A DNA stretch of 64,000 nucleotides from an uncultured Anaerolineaceae bacterium (GTDB lineage Bacteria > Chloroflexota > Anaerolineae > Anaerolineales > E44-bin32), in contig CAYMCO010000029.1 in the NCBI GenBank assembly GCA_964388955.1, forward strand, positions 1,197-65,196, read 5' to 3'. Shown here piece after piece: positions 45,339 through 55,745 of this stretch. The notes beneath the pieces were generated by a model. The model worked only from the letters and a program-made list of their open reading frames with translations, was not told the origin of the DNA and searched no databases. Each line of letters starts with the position of its first letter. Positions within the stretch are counted from its first letter, which is position 1. Both the position numbers and the translations under genes were made by a program.

Positions 45339-46019
45339 ATGAAAAGAGGATATCTTATCGCGCCCTCCATCCTCGCCGCGGATTTCTCCAATTTGGAAGC
45401 CGCGATCGGCCAGGCAGAGTCCGGCGGTGCGGATTGGATTCATGTTGACGTCATGGATGGGCATTTCGTTCCCAATTTGACAATGGGGCCGGCAGTCGTC
45501 GCGGGCTGCCGCAAAGCCACCGACCTGCCCCTCGATGTGCACCTAATGATCGAGGCGCCGGAGCGCTTCCTCAAGGCTTTCGCCGATGCAGGGGCGAGTT
45601 CGCTGACCATACAAGTCGAGTCCGGACCGCATCTCTACCGCACGCTGCAGTCCGTGCGCGAGCTGGGCTTGCGTGTGGGGGTCACCATGAACCCTGGCAC
45701 CCCCGTGATCAGCATCCGCCATGTCATCCACCTGGTGGATTTGGTGCTGGTCATGACCGTCAATCCGGGGTTCTCCGGGCAGGAATTCATCCAGCCCATG
45801 CTCGATAAGATAGGGGAGGTCAGGGAACTCAGGGACCGCGCGAACCCGGAGGCGCGCATCCAAGTCGATGGGGGCATCAGCCCGCAGACAGCGCCCTGGA
45901 CCGCTGAAAGGGGGGCCGAGGTCTTTGTCGCCGGCTCGGCGATCTTCCGGCATCCGGAGGGGATCGCCGCTGGCATCCATGCCCTGCGGCGCTCCCTACA
46001 TCGGAGTGATATGCCATGA
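45339..46019 (+). CDS. rpe: Ribulose-phosphate 3-epimerase
   Basis: IAPSILAADFSNL...HVDVMDGHFVPNLT...DVHLM...MTVNPGFSGQ...VDGG. Confidence 0.95.
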   Translation: MKRGYLIAPSILAADFSNLEAAIGQAESGGADWIHVDVMDGHFVPNLTMGPAVVAGCRKATDLPLDVHLMIEAPERFLKAFADAGASSLTIQVESGPHLYRTLQSVRELGLRVGVTMNPGTPVISIRHVIHLVDLVLVMTVNPGFSGQEFIQPMLDKIGEVRELRDRANPEARIQVDGGISPQTAPWTAERGAEVFVAGSAIFRHPEGIAAGIHALRRSLHRSDMP

Positions 46020-46022
46020 AAA

Positions 46023-46040
46023 GGGCCGCCGGAGCGGCCC
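46023..46040 (-). terminator. Intrinsic terminator of rpmB (shared hairpin just after the rpe stop)
   Basis: GGGCCGC-cgga-GCGGCCC forms a perfect 7-bp stem. On the minus strand it is followed by TTTTC. Confidence 0.65.
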
Positions 46041-46075
46041 CGAGCGGACACGATCGGTTGGGGGAAGGAGGGAGG

Positions 46076-46255
46076 CTAAACTCGCGCCAAGCGTTTGATG
46101 CACTTGGCACACAAGGTCTTGCGCACCAGGCGCCCGTTTTCCATCACCCGCACGCGCTGCAAATTGGGCTTGAACTTGCGCTTCGTCGCCTTCATCGAAA
46201 AGCTTCGGGATTGCCCGAATGCCGTTGACTTGCCACACCGTTCGCACTTGGCCAT
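46076..46255 (-). CDS. rpmB: 50S ribosomal protein L28
   Basis: MAKCERCGKSTAFGQSRSFSMKATKRKFKPNLQRVRV...CAKCIK. Confidence 0.9.
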   Translation of the reverse strand: MAKCERCGKSTAFGQSRSFSMKATKRKFKPNLQRVRVMENGRLVRKTLCAKCIKRLARV

Positions 46256-46366
46256 GAACAAATATCCCTTGCGCCGTCAGTTTCGCCTTGATCTTATTCG
46301 GATGAAATCTTACCACAGCCTTGAACTTACCTTCAAGACCCGACAGCCGTGTGTGGAGAGCAGAAC

Positions 46367-46723
46367 ATGACCGGTGAGACTACAAGCCTCGGCCGCATAT
46401 CCATCACGCCCAAAGCGATTGCCTCCATCGCATCCCACGCCGCGCTGCAGTCCTACGGCATTGTAGGGATGGCGCCCAAGAGTCTGGTGGACGGCATCGC
46501 GAATGCTGTCGTGCAGGACCCGGCGCACGGCGTGGATGTGCGCGCAACCATAGATCAACTCTTCATCGATTTATATGTGATCGTGGAATACGGCACGCGG
46601 ATATCATCGGTGACCCAGAGCGTGGCCAATTCGGTGCGATACCATGTGGAGCGCGCGCTGGGGATGCCTGTGGCGGCAATCAACGTCCACGTTCAGGACC
46701 TGCGGGTGAGCGACACAAATTGA
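46367..46723 (+). CDS. Asp23/Gls24-family envelope stress protein
   Basis: GRISITPKAIASIASHAALQSYGIVGM...VIVEYGTRISSVTQSVANSVRYHVERALGMPV..INVHVQDL. The RBS is GGAGAG. Confidence 0.85.
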   Translation: MTGETTSLGRISITPKAIASIASHAALQSYGIVGMAPKSLVDGIANAVVQDPAHGVDVRATIDQLFIDLYVIVEYGTRISSVTQSVANSVRYHVERALGMPVAAINVHVQDLRVSDTN

Positions 46724-46741
46724 ATTTGTCCAAGGAGAACG

Positions 46742-48436
46742 TTGGTCTTGACTGATTCTGATCGGTCCCGGCAACGAAGGGAAAAGCTCCTGCATAAGTA
46801 TCGCACCATCGACGGCCAGGACCTTGTCAAGCTGTGCGATGCCGGCCTGCAGTGGCTGCACACCAATCAGGAGCTTGTAAACTCCTTGAACGTGTTTCCC
46901 GTGCCTGATGGGGACACTGGCACCAATATGGTTTTGACAATGAAATCGGCCGCCCAGGAGGTCGAGGGCTCGGGCGAGAAATCTGTGGGAAAGATCGTCC
47001 ACGCCATTGCCCATGGCGCATTGATGGGAGCGCGAGGGAATTCCGGCGTGATCCTCTCCCAGCTTTGGCGAGGTGTCGCTCGGGCCCTCGATGGAGAGTC
47101 TGTCCTCGACGTGGACAATCTCGTCACCGCCCTCGGGGAGGCCCGGGATACCGCCTACAAAGGCGTCGTGCGGCCAGTGGAAGGCACCATTCTTACGGTT
47201 TCCAAGGCCATCGCCTCAGGGGCGCAGCAGGCCCGCCAGAATGGCGCCACCTCGGTGTTGGAGGTATTGGAGGTGCTGGTGGAGAAAGCCGATGAGTCGG
47301 TCGAGCAGACGCCGGATCTACTCCCCGTTTTGAAAGAAGCCGGCGTCGTCGATGCCGGCGGCAAAGGCCTGCTATTGCTTTTGGAGGGGATGCTGCGCCT
47401 GGCCAACAGGCAGCCGCTCGATGAGGCGCAGGCCGCCCTGCAGCCCTTGAGCGCACTCTCCCTGTCGGCCGAGTCTGAATTGATCGAGCCCGGGCAGGAT
47501 TGGGAGGTCGTGGTGGACTTCAAGACCCGGCGCGATCTGGACATCGACCAACTCTACGAGGACCTGGAAGCCATGGGCACCTCGATCCAACTCGGCCAAG
47601 GGGATGGAATGCACCGCATGCATATCCACACCCGGGATCAGGAGCAGTACAAGCCCATTGAATACTGCCGCGGCTTGGGGACGGTAACCAGAGTCGCCAT
47701 CGAGAACCTCATGGTCCAGCAGGAGGAGCACCTTTCCGAAGCGGAAGAGAGCTTCCCATTCCCTGCCAGGATAGAGCCGGATCAGATCGCCGCGGTCGTA
47801 GTGGCGCCCGGGCCCGGCATCGCGCGCGTCTTCGCCAGTCTGGGGGCCGCGGCCATCGTTAAGGGCGGGCAAACCATGAACCCCAGCACGGAAGAGATCC
47901 TCTCCGCATTCGAGCAATTGCCCTCAGACAAGATCGTCATCCTCCCTAACAACAAGAACATCCTGCTCGCCGCTCGCCAAACCGCAGAGATGACCGTGAA
48001 ACAGGTCAGGATCGTCCCCTCGGTCTCCGTGCCGCAGGGTGTAGCGGCCATGTTTGCCCTTGACCCGGACGGCGACTTCGAGCAAGTCGTCCAGGCGATG
48101 AACTCCGCGATGGCGGAACCACAGTCCGGTGCCCTGACCACCGCCACGCGTTCCGCCGAGATTGATGGGGTACACGTGAGGCAAGGTCAGGTGATCGGCA
48201 TGCTCGACGGTCAGCTCGTGACTGCCGGGGATAGTCTCGAACCGACGTTGATCGAACTGCTGCGGATGGCGGAACCCGAGGGGGCTGAGTTGGTCACCCT
48301 CTACTACGGGGCGGATCTGACCCCCGCCCTGAGCAATCAAATGGCGGACAGGGTGCGGGAGCTATGGCCGAACCTTGAGGTGGAAGTGGTCGAGGGCGGC
48401 CAGCCGCATTATAGCTTCCTCGTAGCGATCGAGTAG
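46742..48436 (+). CDS. DAK2-domain fusion protein YloV (fatty-acid kinase FakA-like)
   Basis: LNVFPVPDGDTGTNM...GARGNSGVILSQ is the Dak2 domain. The C-terminal domain is typical of YloV. It has a TTG start. Confidence 0.85.
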   Translation: MVLTDSDRSRQRREKLLHKYRTIDGQDLVKLCDAGLQWLHTNQELVNSLNVFPVPDGDTGTNMVLTMKSAAQEVEGSGEKSVGKIVHAIAHGALMGARGNSGVILSQLWRGVARALDGESVLDVDNLVTALGEARDTAYKGVVRPVEGTILTVSKAIASGAQQARQNGATSVLEVLEVLVEKADESVEQTPDLLPVLKEAGVVDAGGKGLLLLLEGMLRLANRQPLDEAQAALQPLSALSLSAESELIEPGQDWEVVVDFKTRRDLDIDQLYEDLEAMGTSIQLGQGDGMHRMHIHTRDQEQYKPIEYCRGLGTVTRVAIENLMVQQEEHLSEAEESFPFPARIEPDQIAAVVVAPGPGIARVFASLGAAAIVKGGQTMNPSTEEILSAFEQLPSDKIVILPNNKNILLAARQTAEMTVKQVRIVPSVSVPQGVAAMFALDPDGDFEQVVQAMNSAMAEPQSGALTTATRSAEIDGVHVRQGQVIGMLDGQLVTAGDSLEPTLIELLRMAEPEGAELVTLYYGADLTPALSNQMADRVRELWPNLEVEVVEGGQPHYSFLVAIE

Positions 48437-48438
48437 CG

Positions 48439-49308
48439 ATGAGCGGTATTCATATCGTCACCGACAGCTCGGCCCAATTCCCTCCTCCCGGCCTTGCGGA
48501 CCGCTATCCGGTGACCGTGCTGCCCACCTCGCTCAGGCTCGCGGGGCACGGCCGCATCGAAAGCGTTTCTCATCTGGACGGCTTGCGGGGCGTGCGCTAC
48601 TTGTTCCAGGAACCCGCCACAGCGCCCGTCCACCTGGGACCTACGGTCGGGGAGTTCGCCGAGGCCTACGAGCGCTTGCGCGGCCAGACCGATGAGATCA
48701 TCTCCATACATCCCTCCGCCGAGATCAGTGACGCCCTGACCAACGCCACAAAGGCGAGCCAGATGTTCCTCGGTCGCTCCAGCATCCAGGTGATCGATTC
48801 CAAGATGATGTCCTCCGGATTGGGGCTGCTGGTCAGGGCGACCGCGGAGGCCATTCTTAAGGGAGCGGACTACGAGGAGCTGGTTCGGGTCATCCACGGG
48901 GTCATCCCCCGCCTGTATGCCGTCTTCTATCTCAAGGACTTGATGTATTTGGAACGAAACGGCCTAACCAGCCGCTCCCAAGCCATATTGGGAAACATGC
49001 TCGGCCTGATCCCCTTCCTGACAATCGAGGAGGGCCACATCATCCCCATGGAGAAGGTGCGTTCCCCTGCCAAAGCCATGGATAAGATGATCGAGTTCGT
49101 GACCGAGTTCTCGCACTTGGATGAGATCGCCATATTGCATGACGCCGGGGATCGGGATGGCGCCGATCATGCGATCGCCGATCGGCTCAGACTGATCTAT
49201 CCGCACGCCACCATCACCATCTCTGAATACAATCCCGCCGTGGCCTCCTTCGTCGGTTTGGGCAGCCTGGGCGTGGTGGTGCTGGAGGCGGAGGATGGCC
49301 TGACGTGA
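48439..49308 (+). CDS. DegV-family fatty-acid-binding protein (FakB-like) 1
   Basis: MSGIHIVTDSSAQFP...ISIHPSAEISDALTNA...; length 289 aa. Confidence 0.85.
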   Translation: MSGIHIVTDSSAQFPPPGLADRYPVTVLPTSLRLAGHGRIESVSHLDGLRGVRYLFQEPATAPVHLGPTVGEFAEAYERLRGQTDEIISIHPSAEISDALTNATKASQMFLGRSSIQVIDSKMMSSGLGLLVRATAEAILKGADYEELVRVIHGVIPRLYAVFYLKDLMYLERNGLTSRSQAILGNMLGLIPFLTIEEGHIIPMEKVRSPAKAMDKMIEFVTEFSHLDEIAILHDAGDRDGADHAIADRLRLIYPHATITISEYNPAVASFVGLGSLGVVVLEAEDGLT

Positions 49309-50150
49309 GCCTGCGGGTGCCGACCGTGGCCGTCGTGACAGACAGCACGGCGGATATCCCCCGGGAGCGGGCGGAGTCGTTGGCCATTCGCGTGGTCCCG
49401 GCCCTATTGACCATCGATGGGCAGACCTATCGGGATGGCGAGGGAATCACCCGCCGGCAGTTGTATCGAACCCTTCCCGAACTTTCCCAGAGTCCGAAGA
49501 CCGCCTCCCCTTCGCCGCACTATTTCAGCGAAGCATACGAGGATGCGCTCGCTGCGGGGGCGCGATCCGTGCTGTCTTTGCATCTTTCCGCCAAGTTGAG
49601 CGGCATATTCAACGCCGCATCCCAGGCCGCGGCATCCTTCGAAGAGCGGGTCCGCGTAATTGATTCCCGCCAGGTTTCCTTGGGGCTGGGCTTCCAGGTT
49701 CTCGAGGCGGCAAGCGCCGCGCTCGAGGGTAGAGGGCCGGACGAGGTTTTCGCTGTGGCGCGCAGGTCCCGGGATCGGGCCTGCCTGACCGCGATGATTG
49801 ACACACTTGAATACCTGCGCCGCAGCGGCAGGGTGAGTTGGCTTCAGGCTGGCGTCGGCGATTTGCTTCAGATGAAGCTGCTGGTGGAGGTCGCCGATGG
49901 ACTCGTACAGCCGGTGGGGAGAGTACGCACCCGCAAGAAGGCCCTGGAACGATTGATGGACGCCGCCCGCGCCTTGCGCCCCTTCTCCCATTTTGCCGTG
50001 CTGCACACCGCCGCGGAGGAACAGGCGGTAGAGCTCGCCGCCCGGCTTGCGGACTGCTCACCCGCACCGCCGCTGATCGTGGAAGCGACCACCGTTATCG
50101 GCACCCATGTGGGCCCATACGCCATGGGCTTCGCGGGGCTGAGGATATGA
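49305..50150 (+). CDS. DegV-family fatty-acid-binding protein (FakB-like) 2
   Basis: VAVVTDSTADIP...LSLHLSAKLSGIFNAA.... The GTG start overlaps the upstream stop (GTGA). Confidence 0.85.
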   Translation: MSLRVPTVAVVTDSTADIPRERAESLAIRVVPALLTIDGQTYRDGEGITRRQLYRTLPELSQSPKTASPSPHYFSEAYEDALAAGARSVLSLHLSAKLSGIFNAASQAAASFEERVRVIDSRQVSLGLGFQVLEAASAALEGRGPDEVFAVARRSRDRACLTAMIDTLEYLRRSGRVSWLQAGVGDLLQMKLLVEVADGLVQPVGRVRTRKKALERLMDAARALRPFSHFAVLHTAAEEQAVELAARLADCSPAPPLIVEATTVIGTHVGPYAMGFAGLRI

Positions 50151-50197
50151 CCCTGGCGCGATCCACGCCCTTCTCCTATCATTGGAAGTAGACTCAT

Positions 50198-52786
50198 ATG
50201 AATCCTGCGATTGAGAAATTGAGCAAATACCTGCGGCTCGAAGCGCAGCGGGGTTATGACAACCGCGCCATAATGGGCGGCCTGCAGCAGATGCTGGATC
50301 CCTGGCGCTCCGAAGCGGAGAGCAGCGGCACCTCGGAGGAGTTGGTTGAAGCGGTGACCACCCGCCTGCGCGACTACCCGCGTCTCAGCCCCGAATCGCG
50401 TCGCGAGGTTCTCCTTGGCTTGTGGCGGAGGCTGCAGGGCGAGCATACTGGCGTCGGTGAGTTTCCCGGGATCGATGGGCCGGGGGCGGGGCACGTAGAA
50501 ACAGCGGAAGTTTCGGGTGCGCCTTCGAAGTCAGAATCGATCGAGGCGCAAACAATGCCAAAGCGAGAGGGCGCCGGCGGGGAAAAAGGGGGAGGGGGAG
50601 AGGCGCTCAAAGAATGGGGGGACGCGGCGCCGAGCGCGGATCGGCCAGGCACAGGTGAGCAACCTGCGACAGACGCCGCGGCCGGCCCGAAGAGAGCCCA
50701 GCCGGAACCAGAGGGTCCACCCGCCGCAATGGACGCTCCCCTCACGGCCCTGCGCGGGGTGGGGGAGAAGACCTCCAAGACTCTCTCCAAACTGGGGCTC
50801 AATAACCTGGGAGATTTGCTCTGGCATCTGCCCAGGCGCTACGATGATTATTCCCGGTTGAAGACCATCAACCGCCTATGGTACGGGGAGGAAGTGACCA
50901 TCATTGGCACGGTGGAAAGCGTCGACCTGCGGACCGCCCGGGGGGGCAGGATGAAGCTTGTCGACGCAGTGGTCAGCGACGGCACCGCGGCCTTGCGGGT
51001 CACTTGGTTCAACCAGCCCTGGATTGCGGATAAGCTTCAGCCTGGGCGGGCGATCGTGCTGTCAGGAAAGGTGGACCAATATCTGGGACGCCTGACGATG
51101 AACAATCCGGAATGGGAGCCGGTGGAACGAAAGCAGCTCCACACGAACCGAATCGTCCCTGTCTACCCCCTGACCGCGGGCATCACCTCCAAATGGCTGC
51201 GCCGGGTGATGCATGGCCTCATCAACCGTCTGGCGCCGCGCGTGCCCGATCCGCTGCCTGAGGACGTCATCCAATCGGCTGATCTGATGGCGCTTGGCGA
51301 CGCGCTCCGCCAGGTTCACTTCCCCGACAGTTGGGAACTACTCCGGCGCGCGCAGGCGCGCCTTGCATTCGACGAAATGTTCATGCTGCAGTTGGGGGTC
51401 TTGCGCCAGAAGGCGGATTGGGAATCGCTGACCTCACCGCCCCTGGGCGTGGACGACGTCTGGATCGATAACTTCCTCGACTCGCTCCCTTTCAAACTCA
51501 CGCCCGCCCAACATCAAGCGCTCGAAGATCTCAGAGCGGACATGGCCGCGGCGCGGCCCATGAATCGTCTGCTCCAAGGGGATGTTGGGTCGGGAAAGAC
51601 GGTCATTGCCGCCGCAGGGATGGGAATTGCGCTCGCCAACCGCAAACAATCTGCCCTGCTTGCCCCCACCAGCATCCTCGCCGAGCAGCATCTGGACACT
51701 TTGCTTGAAGTGCTGCCTGCGGCGGCCGGGATGCAGGCCCGTGACATCCGTTTGCTGATCGGCGCCACGCCGGAGAGCGAGAAGGCCGAAATCCGGGAGG
51801 GATTGTCGAGCGGTGAGATCGCGGTTGTCGTCGGCACCCACGCTTTGCTCGAGGATCCGGTCCACTTTGGGGACTTGGGGCTCGTGGTGATCGATGAACA
51901 ACATCGTTTCGGAGTCGAACAGCGCGCCGAGCTGCGCGCCAAAGGCGATAATCCGAACCTGATGGTCATGACTGCAACTCCGATCCCGCGCTCGCTTGCG
52001 CTGACTCTCTATGGAGATCTGGATTTGACCGTGATCGACGAATTGCCTCCGGGCCGGAAGCCCATCGAGACGCGCGTTCTACGCCCCATCGAACGAGGGC
52101 GCGCCTACACGTTCATCATCACCCAAATCGAAGCCGGGCATCAGGCCTTTGTCATCTATCCGCTGGTGGAGGAATCCGAGAAAGTGGACGCCAAGGCCGC
52201 CGTCGATGAGTTCGAGCGCTTGGCGAAGGACGTCTTCCCCGAGTATGACGTGGGTCTCGTACATGGGCGCCTCCCGCCCGATGAAAAAGAGCGCGTCATG
52301 AAGCGATTTCGGGCTGGGGAGATTGATGTGCTCGTGTCCACCTCGGTGATCGAAGTGGGCATCGACGTCCCCAACGCCACGGTGATGCTTGTCGAGGGCG
52401 CCGATCGATTTGGCCTCGCGCAGCTGCATCAGTTCCGCGGCCGAGTAGGCCGCAGCAGCCACCGTTCCTACTGCCTGCTGATACCCTCCAATGATGAGGA
52501 TGCCGAGAACAAGCGCCTGAAGGCCATGGAAGCCACCAATGACGGCTTCGAGCTCGCGGAATTGGATCTCGAATACCGGGGGCCGGGGGATTTTCTCGGA
52601 ACACGCCAGTCAGGCTTCACCGAGCTGCGGATGGCAAAACTTACGGATGTGCGCCTGATCGAAAGGGCCCGCCAACAGGCCAGGCGCGTCTTTGAGGCCG
52701 ACCCGGCTCTGTCGATGCCGGAGCACGTCCTGCTGGCCGAGGCGGTGGACCGCTTCTGGGCCGTAGGAAAAGGAGAGATCAGTTGA
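50198..52786 (+). CDS. recG: ATP-dependent DNA helicase RecG with an approximately 185-aa N-terminal extension
   Basis: The canonical part starts at LTALRGVGEKTSKTL..LLWHLPRRYDDYS. It has a wedge domain, GDVGSGKTV, DEQHRFGV and TATPIPRSL. Confidence 0.9.
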   Translation: MNPAIEKLSKYLRLEAQRGYDNRAIMGGLQQMLDPWRSEAESSGTSEELVEAVTTRLRDYPRLSPESRREVLLGLWRRLQGEHTGVGEFPGIDGPGAGHVETAEVSGAPSKSESIEAQTMPKREGAGGEKGGGGEALKEWGDAAPSADRPGTGEQPATDAAAGPKRAQPEPEGPPAAMDAPLTALRGVGEKTSKTLSKLGLNNLGDLLWHLPRRYDDYSRLKTINRLWYGEEVTIIGTVESVDLRTARGGRMKLVDAVVSDGTAALRVTWFNQPWIADKLQPGRAIVLSGKVDQYLGRLTMNNPEWEPVERKQLHTNRIVPVYPLTAGITSKWLRRVMHGLINRLAPRVPDPLPEDVIQSADLMALGDALRQVHFPDSWELLRRAQARLAFDEMFMLQLGVLRQKADWESLTSPPLGVDDVWIDNFLDSLPFKLTPAQHQALEDLRADMAAARPMNRLLQGDVGSGKTVIAAAGMGIALANRKQSALLAPTSILAEQHLDTLLEVLPAAAGMQARDIRLLIGATPESEKAEIREGLSSGEIAVVVGTHALLEDPVHFGDLGLVVIDEQHRFGVEQRAELRAKGDNPNLMVMTATPIPRSLALTLYGDLDLTVIDELPPGRKPIETRVLRPIERGRAYTFIITQIEAGHQAFVIYPLVEESEKVDAKAAVDEFERLAKDVFPEYDVGLVHGRLPPDEKERVMKRFRAGEIDVLVSTSVIEVGIDVPNATVMLVEGADRFGLAQLHQFRGRVGRSSHRSYCLLIPSNDEDAENKRLKAMEATNDGFELAELDLEYRGPGDFLGTRQSGFTELRMAKLTDVRLIERARQQARRVFEADPALSMPEHVLLAEAVDRFWAVGKGEIS

Positions 52787-53313
52787 TGGTCAGGGCAATC
52801 TTCCCGGGGACCTTCGATCCCATTCACTTTGGCCATATCGACATTGCCCACCGGGCGGCCGACTTGTTCGACGAGCTCATCGTCGCGGTCTACGATCGCC
52901 CGCTGAAGGCCCTGCTGTTCTCCCCGGAGGACCGCCTCGAGATGGCGCAGCGCACCTTCGAAGGCGCGGAGCGCATTCGGGTGATCGGCTACCAGGGCCT
53001 CACCGTCGAGCTGTGCCGCAGGCTGGGCGCCAAGGTGGTCGTGCGCGGCCTGCGGGTCTTCTCCGACTTCGAACACGAGTTCCGCATGGCGCTCGCCAAT
53101 CACCGCTTGGCGCCAGAGGTCGAAGTGGTCGCACTGATCACCAGCGAGCAGCACACCTTCTTGACGGGCACCACTGTGCGGGAGATCGCCTCCCTGGGCG
53201 GGGATGTCAGCAGCATGGTCCCCGAACACGTTTCCAGGGCCCTGAAGAGCCGCTTTCTCGAGTTGGGCGACGACGGGCCGACGAACTATTCGGCCACTAC
53301 GTTTCTGGATTAA
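52786..53313 (+). CDS. coaD: Pantetheine-phosphate adenylyltransferase
   Basis: AIFPGTFDPIHFGHIDIAHRA...RGLRVFSDFEHEF...VSSMVPEHV. The ATG overlaps the recG TGA (TGATG). Confidence 0.9.
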   Translation: MVRAIFPGTFDPIHFGHIDIAHRAADLFDELIVAVYDRPLKALLFSPEDRLEMAQRTFEGAERIRVIGYQGLTVELCRRLGAKVVVRGLRVFSDFEHEFRMALANHRLAPEVEVVALITSEQHTFLTGTTVREIASLGGDVSSMVPEHVSRALKSRFLELGDDGPTNYSATTFLD

Positions 53314-53412
53314 CAGCCTTGCGGCCCTGTCACGTTCGGTGTACCCTTTTCGCTGATACTCGCATCCGCGGGCCCGCGCCCTTTCCGGCCTGCAGGTAGA
53401 GCGGAGGTATCC

Positions 53413-53913
53413 ATGGACATATTCCATCTGGTGGATCGACTGGAGGAACTGTTCAATGAAAGTCGACCCATCCCTCTCACGCGGAACGTAATTGTCGATG
53501 AGGACCGCATCCTGGATATCATCGATCAGATGCGGATCTCTGTTCCTGACGAGGTCAAGAAGGCTCAGCAGATCCTGGCGCAGCGAGACCGTGTGTTGGC
53601 CCAAGCCCAGGAGGAGGCGAACCGCACCCTGGCGATCGCAAAGAAAAGGGCGGATGAGATGATGGAAAAAGAGGCCATCATCCAGGCGGCCCAGCCGCGC
53701 GCCGAGCAAATCCTCAGCGACACGAAGGGTGATGCCGAGGCCATCATGCGCGACGCAGATCGATATGTCGTCGACTCCCTCCGCTCGCTGGAGGCCGAGC
53801 TGCTGCGCATGTTGTCGCAGGTACGAAATGGGATTGCCAAGATGAACGCCGAACTCGAATACGCGAAGCGAGACATGGAAGAGCAGGAACGCGCGCCCAA
53901 GCCATCTTCGTAG
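53413..53913 (+). CDS. Coiled-coil hypothetical protein (ATP-synthase-b/DivIVA-like heptads)
   Basis: 166 aa. MDIFHLVDRLEELFNESRPIPLTRNVIVDEDRILDIIDQMR is followed by a long charged helix. The family is not firmly recognised. Confidence 0.6.
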   Translation: MDIFHLVDRLEELFNESRPIPLTRNVIVDEDRILDIIDQMRISVPDEVKKAQQILAQRDRVLAQAQEEANRTLAIAKKRADEMMEKEAIIQAAQPRAEQILSDTKGDAEAIMRDADRYVVDSLRSLEAELLRMLSQVRNGIAKMNAELEYAKRDMEEQERAPKPSS

Positions 53914-53959
53914 ATGCAGCACCCGCCGTCTTCTCTATAGAGAGCCGCCCCCTCTGCGC

Positions 53960-55639
<1,680 letters not shown>

Positions 55640-55657
55640 TCATACATCCCCATACCT

Positions 55658-55704
55658 GCCCAAAAGGGCGGTGGGGAGGGCCGTCCTGCGGCGACCTCCC
55701 CACC
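55658..55704 (-). terminator. Strong hairpin plus short U-tract between the roadblock gene and pyrG (terminator or possible pyrG leader attenuator)
   Basis: The minus strand reads GGTGGGGAGG, a 15-nt loop, CCTCCCCACC (perfect 10 bp), then GCCCTTTTGGGC. Only about 27 nt separate it from the pyrG GTG. Confidence 0.55.
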
Positions 55705-55745
55705 ATGACCGGATCAATATTCCGCCTGTATCTTCTTTCTGCGTT

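Noticed and set aside
52468-53922. 484-aa minus-strand ORF antisense to the recG end, coaD and the coiled-coil gene. Similar long antisense ORFs lie at 35683..36987, 38931..40124, 27063..28490, 33766..34338 and 37403..38404
   Set aside because: All overlap well-supported genes on the other strand and have Arg/Gly/Leu-rich low-complexity translations. They are GC-driven open frames.
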